DNA from: Podospora anserina
Lineage: Eukaryota
DNA length: 64,000 nucleotides
Reading direction: 5' to 3'
Assembly: GCA_017654855.1 (NCBI GenBank)
Contig: CM030333.1
Span: 3,596,001-3,660,000 of the forward strand
Position 1 is the first letter of the stretch; every line of letters begins with the position of its first letter. The position numbers and the translations under genes are program-made. Shown here piece after piece: positions 50,188-63,753 of this stretch. The notes beneath the pieces were generated by a model. The model worked only from the letters and a program-made list of their open reading frames with translations. It ran no database searches and had not been told where the DNA came from.

Positions 50188-51930
50188 ATGTCGGGAAGAC
50201 TCGTCTCATCGGGCATACGCCTGCCAAAATACGTTGCTGGAGATGGGAGACTCGACCTCATGAAGATCTCGCTCTCATCACATGCTCAGCGACAGACATT
50301 ACAAAGAATATACAGGCAAAGGTCCCAGCATCGCCAATTTCATGTCTCACCTTCTCAGGCAGCAAAATCTAGATTTGACTCCCCCAAGTCGGAGAAAGAT
50401 GAATCCAGATTCGCCGCTGCCAAGTCGAAGAAAAATGCTCCACAATCAACCCCAGAGCCAAACGCAGCCCAAGACCAGGGGGAGCCACGCGTCACCAGGA
50501 AGGAGGTGAAGCGAGAGCGAACGAAAATACTCCTAGAACAACGGGAACAAAAAATCCGAGAGCTAGAAGCACAAGAGAAAGAAAGACTAGAACAGGAAAA
50601 ACAAGAGGAAGAGAGAGCGGAACAGGAAAGGCAAGAGCTCAAACGACTGGTCAAAGAACAACTAGGCCTAGAAACAGAAAACCCAGCAAAAGAGGAGAAG
50701 AGCCGGTCAGAGCAGAGTTCGAATGTCGTCCGCAAGATTTTCTTTTCCGGAGTTGCCTCGGCCGGTGCCCTCGTCTTATGGGAGATGTGGAGGTTTGCTT
50801 ACAGCACCGAGCCACTCAACGACCAGAAGTTTTCACCATTTGAGATTGTTGACCGGCAACAAGTGTCCCCTACGGCCTTTATCGTCACCGTCAAGCCGGT
50901 TGTATCACGCCTGGGCGGTCTCGCCAGCCAGTGGAAGCTGGCATGGCTCGAGACGCTCCAGCACAAACTTGCGTGGGAGGGTACCTGGGCTGTTGAGATC
51001 AAACAGCCCGAACTCCAAGTCGCGCGAGATTACACCCCCTTGCCGGAGCTGGATGTGCTTAGGGCTACAAACGAGTACGACACTCGCGGCCGTATCGAAC
51101 TCTTCCAGCTGCTCAAGGGTCTCTTCTCCCCACAACAATCCATCCCCACGTTCAAGTTCCTGATCAGGAGAACAGAAGGCGGGGAGGTGAGCAGCTGGCT
51201 AAGCCGCAGAAAAGTGGGGGACACCATTGAACTACGCGGACCACACCAGAGCTTCAATGTCGTCGCCCGGGCGGGGTACAAGGAAGCGGAAGAGCCCAAA
51301 AGGGTCGTGTTTCTCGCCGGCGGAACAGGCATAGCACCAGCCCTCCAAGCAGCCGGGAGCCTCTTCCGGGAACACGGACAAACCTTGAAGAAAATGCCCC
51401 AAGTCGACATTTTATGGGCCAACCGGTCAAAAGAGGACATCAAGACCGACAACCCTGTCATTGAGCTTCTCGAGAAACTGAAGGAAATGTCTCGGGGGAA
51501 GATCAACTATGTTTGCGTTGTGGATGAGGAGGGGAGATTCATCACCGCGAATGATATCGTCGCCAAGACGCAAATCACACCGCCGCGAAAGTCATGGTTT
51601 TGGAATTCTTCAAAGGCCGAATCAACCCGGTCAAAAGACGATGTCAACTGCTACTATCACTCCTCAAAACACCTGATCACTTCTGCGGGTGAGGACTATG
51701 AGAAGGTTGATGGGGAGAACCCACGACGGCAGTGCGCCTGCCCTGTTGGAAGGCCGAGCTTTAAGAATCTGCTTATGGTGTCTGGGCCCGAGGGTTTCAA
51801 CAATCACTTTGCTGGACCAAAGTATTGGGCTGACGGCAAGGAGAGGCAGGGCCCGGTTGGGGGTGTTATTGGGGAATTGGCGAAGAAGTACCCAAGTTTG
51901 GCGAGCGATTGGCTTGTGTTGAAGTTGTAA
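50188..51930 (+). CDS. CYC2: FAD/NAD-binding oxidoreductase, cytochrome c maturation factor Cyc2-like
   Basis: Single 580-aa ORF with presequence, one TM segment, KQPELQVARDYTP, GEVSSWL, ELRGP, FLAGGTGIAPALQ, VSGPEGF, QGPVGG. Exact start codon uncertain. Confidence 0.75.
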   Translation: MSGRLVSSGIRLPKYVAGDGRLDLMKISLSSHAQRQTLQRIYRQRSQHRQFHVSPSQAAKSRFDSPKSEKDESRFAAAKSKKNAPQSTPEPNAAQDQGEPRVTRKEVKRERTKILLEQREQKIRELEAQEKERLEQEKQEEERAEQERQELKRLVKEQLGLETENPAKEEKSRSEQSSNVVRKIFFSGVASAGALVLWEMWRFAYSTEPLNDQKFSPFEIVDRQQVSPTAFIVTVKPVVSRLGGLASQWKLAWLETLQHKLAWEGTWAVEIKQPELQVARDYTPLPELDVLRATNEYDTRGRIELFQLLKGLFSPQQSIPTFKFLIRRTEGGEVSSWLSRRKVGDTIELRGPHQSFNVVARAGYKEAEEPKRVVFLAGGTGIAPALQAAGSLFREHGQTLKKMPQVDILWANRSKEDIKTDNPVIELLEKLKEMSRGKINYVCVVDEEGRFITANDIVAKTQITPPRKSWFWNSSKAESTRSKDDVNCYYHSSKHLITSAGEDYEKVDGENPRRQCACPVGRPSFKNLLMVSGPEGFNNHFAGPKYWADGKERQGPVGGVIGELAKKYPSLASDWLVLKL

Positions 51931-52231
51931 TCAAGCAGGATCACGTAACCTTGGATCAGGTTATATGCCATGTAGGAGGTACGTAGAGGGGCCAGCAAGA
52001 GACTTTTGGTTTGGGTGGCGGACCAGAAAGAATCTAATGCTAGATATTGTTTGTTGAGCACCAGTCACCACAACATGGCCATAAAATTCTAACGAGTAGA
52101 ACATGAAGAGAAACTTCCTAGCTATTTAGGAACCTTTTCTCCCCACATAAACGCCATCCAATGCAGTTAAATAGGTAAATGACAAAGCCCGCACCAACCA
52201 CACATGCTTCTTCATCCCTATCTTCCCCCCT

Positions 52232-55200
52232 TCAAATCCCCTGAACCTTTCTGTAAGAAGGCGGCTTCATAGTCCGTTGAATCACCTTTGCCGCCCAAGT
52301 TGGGATCAAGCTCATGGCCAGGATCGCCGCAACTCTCCAGTAAAAGCCCCTACCGTACTTGTTAGCCACTGACCCCTCCCCCCAAAAAACACAGCAAGGA
52401 AAGAAAAACTTACACCTCCATCAAAAACCCCAAATCAAAATACCCTCCCAAAAACGGCACACTTCCCACAAACACCAAAAACGTGCCCACAATCGACACC
52501 ACCATCACCCAATGCCACGTCGTAATCTCCACCGCCACCATCAACAGCTCATTCAGCACCAGCACGGTATAACTAACCGCCACCATCCTCGGGCTGTCCA
52601 CCTCGGTCAAGACCTGGCTCAACCCCTGAATCAGACACCCCTGGTAAATCGACACAAACACCCACACAAAAAAAGTCCGGTAGCTCAAGCTCCTGCCCTC
52701 GGTCAATTCTTTGTACAGCTCCGGATACAGGTTCGCCAGCTCCTCGTCCACATCCTTGTCCAGGACAAGACTCAGCACCGGTGCCGCCGTGTAGATGGTG
52801 GCGTACCCGACCATCAACCAGTCTTTGTACAACCCCAACGGCTCAAAGTCGACCGCGATGCTAAACATTGTCTGGCACACCGCAATGATCAACCCTCTGT
52901 GGATCACAAACTGGGCCAACTTGGCGCTTCGTTTGTACGAGTTCCTCCCGTGCCACACCAGCAGCTTGGTCAAGTGACAAAACTGCTCGATGCTGAAATC
53001 AGCCGCAAGACTGGCCTGTCGTCCTTCCTTGCCAACGATACCAACCCCTACATCCGCCGCCTGAATCATACTAACATCATTCCCTCCATCCCCGATACAG
53101 CACACCCTCTTCTTGGTATACTCCTTGATCAGCCTCGCCACCTCCGCTTTTTGCGTCGGCGAGCACCGACAAGCAACAACCGTCGGCAACTTCACCGCCA
53201 CACTGATAAACTCGGTCCGATAATGCGTCAAAAACAACCCCAAACTCTCCCCATCAATCAGCAAGCAGCTGTCCGGCTTGCTCCTCAGAAAGTCAATATG
53301 CTCCTGCGCGCTGTCCTTCCTCCTCAACTTCTCCACAGTATGTATATACTGCCCCCTCGCCACCAGCTTACTGCTCACACCCACACACCTCGCCGTCTCA
53401 ACCTTGTCCCCCGTCAGCATCCAAATCTTGATCCCCGCGTTCCTCAACAGCTCCAAACTAGGCTTCACATCCCTCTGCAGCTTATCCTCCACCCCCGTGA
53501 CCCCAAGCAACTCCAAATCATGCTCCAGATACCGGCCCACCACCCCCTGCACCCCGGCCTCCCGTCCACTAATCGCCAAAGCCGCCCTCTTATACTCCTG
53601 CTCAAACTCCCTGTACTCCGCATTACTCAACCTCTTCCTCCCCACCACCAGCGTCCTCAGCCCCTCCCTAGCCATATTCGCAGTCTCCTCATCCAACCAG
53701 TCATTCGCCGCCACAATCCCCGTCATGACCGTATCCGCCCCCTTTTGATAAAACCAAATCTCCCCATCCCCATCCCCTGTCTCATTCAACCTCTCGGCAA
53801 ACCTAACCACAATCCCCATCCTCTTCCCCTCGCTCGTAAAAGGGAAAATGTCCAATATCCTCACCTTCACCACCACCCTCCCCGTCTCAGTACTCTCCAA
53901 AACAATACTCCTCCTGTCCCGATACGCCAACCTCAGCCCAACCGACTCAGTCCACTTCACAATCGCAATCTCATCCGGACTGCTCGCCTGATAAGAATTA
54001 ACCATCCTCCCCGTCCTCTCATCCTCCTCCGTAGTAGGCGTAACGTTATGACACAGCGCCAGCGCCATCACCACATCCCTCACCCTCGACCCAATCTCCC
54101 TCCTCTGCCTCGTAGCCCCAGCCCCCACCCCCGCAGCGCTCGAGCTCGACGGCGTGGCCAAAGGCGGATTGGACACCTGGCTCAGATTCGTAGCACCAAG
54201 ATTAAACCCCTGCCTCACATACCCCGCCACCTCGTCCATCGCATCATTAGCATACGACACCGTCCCGACATGAATCTTCTTCATCTCCATGTCGTTTTGC
54301 GTCAATGTCCCCGTCTTGTCGCTGAGGAGGTACTCGATCCTCCCCAAGTCCTCCGGTATCGTCGACGTCCTCACCACCGCGCCCGGGATCCCGGGGTCCC
54401 GCTGGATAAACCATGAATAAACCGATTTTCCCATGTCGAGATTGACACGGAGGGAAATCGGCACGATGGTCGAGAACAGGACCAGAAACTTCATAATCTT
54501 GATGTACCACACGTCAGTCTTTGTGTTACCGAAACCTTCCGCCGCGACCAGGATGATGGACAGGGCGAGGGTGAGGAAGCAGAGGATTTTGGTAAGCGAG
54601 TTGATTTCGTATTCGAGAAGGCCAGTCTTCGAGCGGGAGGGCGAGGTTGACAGGGCGGAGCGGGTTTGCGGACCGCTGTAGATTACCACCGCCAAGGTGG
54701 TGGCGTGTGAGGCAATGACCGTGTTGGCCCAGGCGGTGTTGTCGATGGAGAGGGGAGCTGCCTTGGCTTGCTCATCGCTGCTGGCAAAGGCGTTGGTGCT
54801 CACAGCATCCTGCCGTGTGGGCAGCAGCTCCAAGGTGCCGGTGAACTCGTTGACCTTTCTGTCTGGCTTGCCAGCGGTGACGCGAAGGCGAACAAGCTCC
54901 TCGATTGGTAGGTTTTGCGAGAGGGGAGAGGCAAGACGTAATTTCCAGTCAGTTTCACCGTCGAGCTGGTCTGTTCTGATAAAGGTTTCTCCGTTTGAGC
55001 TTCCCTCAGCAGCTCCTCCGGCAGCGGACTCGACATCCTTTGAGCTGCCCTGCCCAGGATCGACAGGGTGATCGACCAGTAGCGACTCTTCTTTCGGTGG
55101 TGGTGCTTCCGGCTCTCCTTGGTGGGCCGCGGCTTCGTTTGAAAGACACTTTAGAACAATGACATCAGCCGGTACACGATGCCCCTTGCTGAGCTTCAGG

Positions 55201-56249
55201 ACATCGCCCACCTTGAGATCCTTTGACTTTTTGCTGATTTCATGAACATGAGACGAAGCGAAGCGGTGTGAGCCGTCAGCCTCCATTTGCTCTTCCTCCT
55301 CTCTGATATCCGACAGTCTGTCCCCTTGTGGAATAGCACGTTTTGAACCTTTCCGTACGTGAGATGATTTGAGTGTTTTCCTTGACCGAAGATTCGCGCT
55401 ACCCACTCCTGGTTCGTCGAACTGCAGTACCGTATACAATTCAGAGTTGGCCTCATTGTCTCTCCTCCTCCTCTCGAGATCATCATAGGCTTCCTTCCCC
55501 AGAGTGATCACCAAAACAAACGCTAATGGCGCAATGTACGTGGAAAGATAACCGATTCTCAGCGCCGGAATGATCTGCGACAAGGCCACCAACAAAAAGT
55601 ACATGTTGAAGAAGAAGGAGAACTCGTTGTACAGCGTCACTGGCAAAAAGCTCCACGCTGTGTACTTGGCGTTTGATATCGAGTTTGGTGGGAACCGTAT
55701 TACCTGTCGTGAGCCAACAGCCACCAGTCTGGATGACGATGGGTCGTCCTCTTCTTTTTCCTCTTCCTCTTGGTTGTCCTTGCCATGATCTGCGCCTGTT
55801 CCCGACATGAAACTAGGCAGCCGGAGTCTCCCAACCCGAAGGGTGTCGGCAGCAAAAGATCGTCGTCGCCGCCGCGGGCCTGAACCACCGCCGTGCTCGC
55901 TGAGCAGCGGGGCATCGTCTCTCCCGCCCGTGCTGGCATCGGAGTAGCGTGGGTTGTTTCCATCATCGTCCCTGAGAAGCGCCTCGGCGTCTTCCTCGCC
56001 TGCGGCCCGGCTGCGTCCCAGCTCGCCGTATCCATTCCGGTTAGCCCCTCGACGTAGGCCACCCATACGAAGCGTACGCAAAGCTATCCTCGGAGCTCGT
56101 CGTTCGGTTTGTTTTGGCTGCTGACTGGCCTGCGACGAGCCAGAGGCGGGAGTCGGGTCGAGTTCTTCGATATCGAGATCTAGTTCGGAGTCCGAGTCGT
56201 CCGGCGAGTCTGGCGGAGCAGACGGGTGGTACTGGCTTGGGGGAGGCAT
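52232..56249 (-). CDS. NEO1: P4-ATPase phospholipid flippase (Neo1/ATP9 class)
   Basis: Exons 56249-52414 and 52349-52232 (3954 nt). TDQLDGETDWK, VPISLRVNLD, DKTGTLT, MLTGDKVETA, IGDGGNDVSMIQ; C-terminus PPSYRKVQGI. Confidence 0.95.
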
Positions 56250-57285
56250 TCCCGCATGAGATTCGGGCCCTCAAAAGAGGCGTTGGGTACCAGGGACTGG
56301 CTTTTAAATTTTAGACGACCTCCTGTTCTGATTTCCGCTGGTCGGAACTGCCTTCCCTTCTAGAAAATGAGTAGCAACAGTGTCGTCCAGTTCCTTCCTA
56401 TCGACATGTCTTGTGCTCGACAAAGAGCTTCCATAAAAAGGGTTATTGAGTTTGTGTTGCCAGCGGAGGGGGTGTGGGCTGAACGGAGCCAGTTTTGAGG
56501 ATACGTTGCCCTTTAGTGCAAAAAGACGGCAAACCTTTCTAAAACTCTCTATGTTCTTGTAGTAGAAAGCAAAAAGCTGCTACCTAGAGATGGGATATAT
56601 AATAAGAGAGATGTCGAATCTCAAAAATGACGAATGCTCTTCCTGAAAATAATACCTAAGCCACAGCTGGCCAACACTGGGACGTCCTGTTACGAATGCA
56701 GTTGCGCACCTGCAGCCGTTTAGCGCATAAATGTAACGGGACTCGGAAGATCGCGGTGTCCTGCTATGTATCTGTTAATGCAATACGGCCCACATGGCTG
56801 CGTCACTGTCTGTGCACGTGAAAGCGGCACAGGGTCTTGCCAGCTCCCGCAAGTACAGCCCTAACAGAAGCAGCTGGGCCACTGGAACACACCTGCAGTA
56901 AGGACAGCGTTTCCCTTTGGCTTGTGGCAGCGCCTCCGTCATCCATCGCCAGTCTTGCCAACTTGCACCAAGACCAGGAGTGAGACTTGACTGCCTCTGT
57001 TCGGATCCAGTCCCACACAAGATGATTCGCTGCTAGAATCCTTTTCTGCCTTTTAAGTCTCCGGTTTTTGCTGTATACTACCTACTAAGTAGGTGATTTT
57101 TTTTTTCTTCGCCCCCCCTTTCCAGCTTGGGTTTTGGGACAGGGGCAACAACGGCAGGGTTCCGCCAAACGCGACTTGGTTGCCGTGTGTTCACGAGATG
57201 CTAACCGGCATTCTTCAACCATAGTACTTCTATTCTCTTCACCGCGCCATTGCGCATAGTAGCGCATCTTCTAATCAATCTCACA

Positions 57286-60200
57286 ATGTCGTCCGATGCG
57301 CCGACGGCATCATGGCATCCCGCCATGATGCCCAATTATCTGGCTGCCGAACCACCTCCAAGTCTCCCAACAGAAGCTACTTCGAGTCCAACACCGAGTC
57401 CGCCGCCGCAAAATCAACCCGAAGCCGCCAGAGAGACTCGGCAACTGAGCCATGTTCATGAAACTTCAGAAGACCACGACACGGGTGCTTGGTTTCCGGA
57501 CTATGGGACTTCAAATGCCGATTGGATGAAGAAGACTACGGACGATGCGCCAGCACCGGCACCGGCACCGGCACCCGCGCCAGTCGAGGATTCAGTTGAA
57601 CCTGCTCCTGAGAAGCCTGCTTCTGAGGAGAAGGCTGAAGAAACAGCGGCCGAAACTACCAATGCCTCCAAGCACCTCAGCACCATGTCCTTTACCCGAA
57701 CCGTATCCTCGGAGATGAACTGGAACGACGACGATGACCCCGAGTGGAGTATCACCTCACCTGCGGCCCAGCACGACCCTTCCAAGTTCCTTCCAGAGAC
57801 AGGAAGGACAAATTCGTTCCCCAATACCTCGCATTTGGAGCAGCAGCCAACCCCAGAATTGGAGCAGGCTCTCCCTGCCACTGAGGCCGAAGACTTGATT
57901 AGAGAAATCGAACAAGAAGAGGCCGCTGAAAATGCGGCCGACGCAGGCTTTGACAACCAATTTGGCGAACAGAATGACCACCAGTATATTGGCGGTAACA
58001 TCACAGGGACTGCCGAGGATGCTCAGGAGGCCAGGTTCGATGAGGGACTTGCCTTGATTCCTTCAGCTGAGCCAGCTGCGCCGCAGCCTGCGAAGAACGA
58101 CGGCGCCGGAGACGATTTGTTCGGAGGGGATGGGGAAAGCGAGGAGGACGACTTTTTCAGCAATGTCAAAGGGGACGAGACCGAACACCAGGATGCATTC
58201 GAGCCACAACCCCTGGAACGCAAGTCTACAATGGATGTCTTGAACTCGTTGAATGTTGGCTCAGCACATAACGGTTTCGAACCATTGAAGGAGACAGTCG
58301 AGGAAGAAGAGGCTGAGGATGAGGTGCCACAACCACAAGAAACCCAGGAACTCAAGGTGGAGGAGACCCCGGCTGCTTCACAGGACGAGCCGAAGCCCGA
58401 AACCCAAGAGGATCTTGATGCCAAGTGGAAGGAGATGTTTGGTGATGAGGAAGAGGAAGAATTCCTCCTCGAGTCCGATACTGAGCCAAAAGAGGAGGTG
58501 GACGCAGCTGCATTCTTGGGCAGCGATGACGAGAGTCTGCTCGATGACGAGACAGGCACGGAAGCGCCAGCAGCCCCAGGATATCAGCCAGCACCTACTG
58601 CGCCGGTTGCTACCAGCCAATATCTTCCCCAGCCGTCAACTGCAGCTGCTCCTGTAGTCAGCCCATATGTGCCGACTGGAACATCTAGGACCCCAACCCA
58701 GGCGAATCCATATTTCCCACCAGCCCCAACTATTCCACCCGCTGCTGTACCTCCATATGGGGTACCTGCCTCTGCTCCCCCAGCCCAAAACTTTGGATAT
58801 GGCGCCCCTCCACTCCCTGTACAGGAGAAGCCCAAAGCCCAAAGCTTTGTGGATAAAGGCAAGGGCGGGTATCAATCACCATATGATCTTCCAATGGAGG
58901 TTGTGAAACCCAAGAAGCGCGCCAGCGCCTTGCCTCTTCAGAGAAACAGCTCGGCCCCCCTTGCCCCCGGACCGGTTGTCCCACCACCACCAAGAAGCGC
59001 AAGCTTATACCAGAGTCAACCCATGGCCTCTCCTCTGCCATCGAGCGGTCTTGCTGGGCCCAGTCTGGCGCGCCCTGGCTCCAGCGGCTCGTCACAAGGT
59101 CAGGCTCCTGCAGCAGCAAAGAAGACTCCACAAGAGGCCTTCTTTGAGGATCTTCCCATCACAACGAAGCCTCGTCCTGCCTCCCGCAATAAGGGCTTAC
59201 CATCTCCGTCTCAAACAAGTCCATATGGGCCTCCGGCACAATCAGTGCCGCCCCACGCTGTTCCGCCTCCTGTGAATCATCAAATGGCACCGCCTCCGGG
59301 ACCTTTCAGCCCCCCCGGATCTCAGTCGGAATTCCCTTCTCTAGTGGCACCCCCCAAGGTCAATCCTTATGCTGCTTTGCCTTCCAGTGCTGGCCTGGCT
59401 CCCGCACCTGCGCCTGCAGCCTCGACTCGCTACTCTCCAGCCCCCCCTGGTGCTCCACAGCCGAATGGCCATGTCCCTCCTCCGGCCTTGAGCCGCTTCT
59501 CCCCCGCTCCTCCCTCTCGACAAGCCAGTGGTACCTACCCACCACACAGCGCGGCTTCGGCGCCTCCTATATTGCCTCACCAGCCCCGTACTTCAAGCCC
59601 GTTGGCTCATTTCGAGATTACCAATGAGCGATCTAGACCACACCAGCCGACTCATCTCGCTGAGAACACTTTGGCAGAGAGACGTAGTGTCAGCTCCATG
59701 CACGATTCCAGGCTCCAAAGGGTATCATCTTTGCCCCCAACACGGGAGGTGGAGGAAGAAGACGGTCCATCCGCAGCACAACAGTCCTCCCCTGGCCGTG
59801 CGATGCCGTCTCTTCCAATGTCTCCTCCAGAGTCGAAATATGCACCATCAGCGTTTCAAGCAAGACAAACGCCGCCCCCTTCTTCTCACTCTGGCCAAGC
59901 CATCTTGTCCCCTCCCAAGCGGGCAATGTCTACCCACAGTCCGTTGGTCATGTCTCCCGAATTTGCTCCGCCACCTAGGTCACAGACACAGTCACCAGGA
60001 GCACTCTATGGCAACAGGGTCACCAAACAGGCCGAGCCGCTTCCTCGACCATCATCGGTCCAGGATCTTACGTCTCCTCACCTCACCGGATATGCCCCTC
60101 AAGTGCCAGCCCCAGCTGCCCCTGCCTCGACTTCCTCGCGCCCAAGAGGGTTCTCGCTCAACATGAATGTCATTCCGCCTACGGATGGGCGGGAGCATGA

Positions 60201-63200
60201 TCCACTGCAGAGATGGAGGGGCGCTCCTCTTCTTTCGTGGGGCGTTGGCGGTTCAATGGTCACCATGTTTCCCAAGGAGGTGCCGCGCTATGGCATGAAC
60301 CAGAGTGTCCCGTCAGTTGTGCGTAGTCCTGGAGAAGTCAAGGTCAAGAACGCCAAGGACATTGCCCCGTTAGAGGAGCGCCTAACCAAGTTCCCCGGTC
60401 CCCTCAAGGGCAAGTCCAAGAAGAAGGAGGCTATCTCCTGGCTGAGTGCGGGCATTGAAACTCTCGAGCGTGGTTTGCCCAACACTTTTGGGATGCAATC
60501 CCATCTGGCTCATGACGATAAGCGGGCGTTTGAGCGGGTTCTCTTGTGGAAGATTCTGCGAGTTTTCATCGAGCATGACGGTATTCTCGAAGGCAACCCT
60601 GCCGTTGAGAAGGCCGTAAGAGACTTGCTATCCCCCTCCCCTGCGACAGAAGCCGCGGTTCCGTACCTGAACGGGGGCGCTTCTCTTGGGCTTAGCGATT
60701 CACCCGCAACCTCCATGCGGACCGATTCCGTCGACTCGGCCACTGTTGAGAGCATCCGCCGACATCTTCTCAGCGGCGAGAGTGAGAAGGCTATCTGGGC
60801 CGCGGCTGATCAGCGTCTGTGGGGTCACGCTCTTCTTCTTGCCAACGCCCTTGCTCCCAACCTGTATAAGCAGGTTGCGCATGAGTTTGTGAAGAAGGAG
60901 GTCAACTTCCCTGGCCATAACAATGAGTCGCTTGCCGCCTTGTATGAAGTCCTCTCAGGAAACCACGATGAGACTGTTGACGAGCTGGTGCCCGTTCATG
61001 CTCGTGCTGGGCTTCAGCTCGTTGCCAAGGACCCATCACTTGGGCCTTCCAAGGATGCTATGGAGGGTCTTGACAAGTGGCGCGAAACTCTCAGCCTCAT
61101 CCTGAGCAACAGGAGCGTTGGCGATGCCAAGGCCATTAACTCACTCGGCACCTTGCTTTCTGGATATGGAAGGGCTGAAGCCGCTCATATCTGCTTCATG
61201 TTTGCACGCCACAACACCATCTTTGGCGGATTCGACGATCCAAACTCTCACTTCGTGCTGGTTGGATCCGACCACAAGAGGCAGGCTGAGCAGTTTGCCA
61301 AAGAGATTGAGCCTCTCTTGTTGAGCGAAGTGTACGAGTATGGCCAAAGCCTTGCCGGGAACTCGAACGTGGTTATTTCGAATCCTCACTTGGCCGCATA
61401 CAAGCTGCAGCATGCATATGCCCTGGCGGAATACGGGTTCAGAGATAAAGCTTTGCAGTACTGCGAGGTCATTGCTGCGTCGATCACTGCACAGACCAAA
61501 CGCTCGCCGTATCATCATCACATCCTGGAAAATGCAGTCGAGGATCTTATGAAGAGGCTGAAGTCAGCCCCCAAGGAGGAGTCCAACTCCTGGATCCCCA
61601 AGCCAAGCATGAACAAGGTCTCGGACTCGATGTGGAACCGCTTCAACAAGTTTGTTGCTGGTGACGACAATGATGAGTCTGGTCAGGGCGCTGCTGGTGA
61701 TGCAGCTGAATCCGGGCCGTTTGGCCGAATTGCTGGAGGTACCCCGTCTATTAGCCGGCCTCCATCTGCGAACAACCTGGAGACGTTTGGCGCTGCCATT
61801 CCCAGCTACGGTATGCCGGTCGCCTCTGTCTCCAACGGGCCTGTGATGTCCTCGGCGCCGCCAACCAGAGCTGCCTCTCGCTATGCGCCAGGAGGCCCGC
61901 CTCAGCCTGCGGCCGGTGCTGGCAATCCGTACGCTCCACGCACTTCCATGGAGCGCAGCTCGGGCGAGTATAACCGGAGTTCCGTTGAGCTGCCCAGGAG
62001 GTCTCTGGACATGCAGTCCGGATACGGCCCGGTGAGGACCTCCTCCCCAGCTCAACAGTACACGCCATATGGCGGTGGATACAACCCTGCTGGGGAGTCG
62101 CCGCGCAGTCCATCGGTGCAGCAACAGCCTGCTCAGCTCGCTGCAGCCACACCAGGCTACCAACCATATGGATATCCCGGTGCGCCGATCAATGGTGGGA
62201 ATGCTGCCAGTGATCTGCCCACTCCCACTTCTGAGAAGCAAGGCTTTGAAACCAAGACTGAGGCCGCTGGGACCTCTGGTTATCAGGCCCCCTCGTACGG
62301 ATATGAGCCGCCATCGTTCACTGCTTACGAGGCACTAAAGGAGGAGGAGAAGCCTGCATCGGAGGAGACTACTGGCGACGGCGGATATGAGCCTCCCTCG
62401 TATCAACCATACAGCTACGAACCCCCCTCATACCAGCCTGACCCGCCCTCTAACGAGGACGAAAAGTCTGTGGATGAGAAGCCCAAGCACAAGAAGAAGA
62501 GTTTCATGGATGATGACGATGATGACTACCCTCCCATGAAGCCATCATCATCGACACCAGCGGAGAAGAGCAAGGAAGAGAAAGACAGGGAAAACGCAGA
62601 GATGTTCCGCAAGGCAGCTGAAGAAGATGGTAGGCCCCCTTTCGCCCCCTTTTTCACCAGTATAACACCGCTGACCATATCACAGCCAAACGCGCCGAAG
62701 CAGCCAAAGCGCAAAAGAAAGGATGGGGCTTCGGCTCCTGGTTCGGCGGCAGGAAATCCGACGCCATGCCCCAGCAGCAAGAAGCCGCCGGCACACCCAA
62801 CAAGCCCATCCGTGCCAAGCTTGGCGAGGCCAATTCTTTCTATTACGACCCTGAGCTCAAGCGGTGGGTGAATAAGAACAGTTCTGGGGAGGACACAGCC
62901 AAGAAGGCGACGCCTCCTCCTCCAAAGGCGGGACCGCCGGGTGGTGGTGCTAGGTCTGCGACGGCTAGTCCGTCTTTTCCTCCTCCGGGGGCGGCTGATC
63001 CGGGGAGGGCCAGTGCGCCTCCTCCGAGGGTTGCGTCTGTTGGGAACCTGACACCGCCGGGGTCGGGATCTGAGATTGGTTTGAGTGCGCCGCCTGCTGG
63101 GCCGGTGGGCATGTTGAGGAGTGCGAGCAGTACTAGCACTGCTAGTGCGCCGCCTGGTGGTGGGGCGAGACCGCCTATGGCGGGTGCGGGACCGGCGAAG

Positions 63201-63320
63201 AGCTTGAGCAATAGCAGTAGTATCGATGATTTGTTGGGTGCGGCGGGGCCGAGGAGGCCGGGGCAGGGAAAGAAGCCTAGGAAGAGCGCTAGGTATGTGG
63301 ATGTTATGACGAAGGATTGA
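57286..63320 (+). CDS. SEC16: COPII scaffold Sec16
   Basis: Exons 57286-62629 and 62686-63320 (5979 nt). Central domain [40 protein letters not shown]-terminal [23 protein letters not shown] and RYVDVM. Confidence 0.93.
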
Positions 63321-63753
63321 TTGAGGATTATCAAAGGATTGGGATGGGAATAAGGGTTGGGGGAGATATGTGAATACGCTCATTATGGGGTTTATGAAAG
63401 AAGGGTATAATAAAACGGGGGGGAGAGGGGGTGGGGTGTACAGTGGGTTGTACAGTTGACTGTTTTGTATTTATAGAAGCTGAGCCTTTTGTGTAATAAC
63501 TTTTTGGTTTTTTGCTGGTGTTTGGTGGGTTGGGGTTGCGAATATATGGGGTTCACAGGATTCTCTGTTTTATTATGGCAAATACTGTCTTGCTGTGTCA
63601 TACATACTAAGGTGTATCTATCTGTCTATCCCATTCTCGATATTAATAACGCTTTTTTTCATTGTGTCGCTATCCGGCCCCAAGCAATCCTAGACAGCAA
63701 ATAACGCCGCGCTGCAAATCATTACCCGATATCCCATCCAGCTGCTATTCTCT

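Noticed and set aside
52359-54416. 685-aa ORF on the + strand
   Set aside because: Antisense to the conserved NEO1 CDS; H/P/Q/L-rich with no domain; a shadow of G-rich codon usage.
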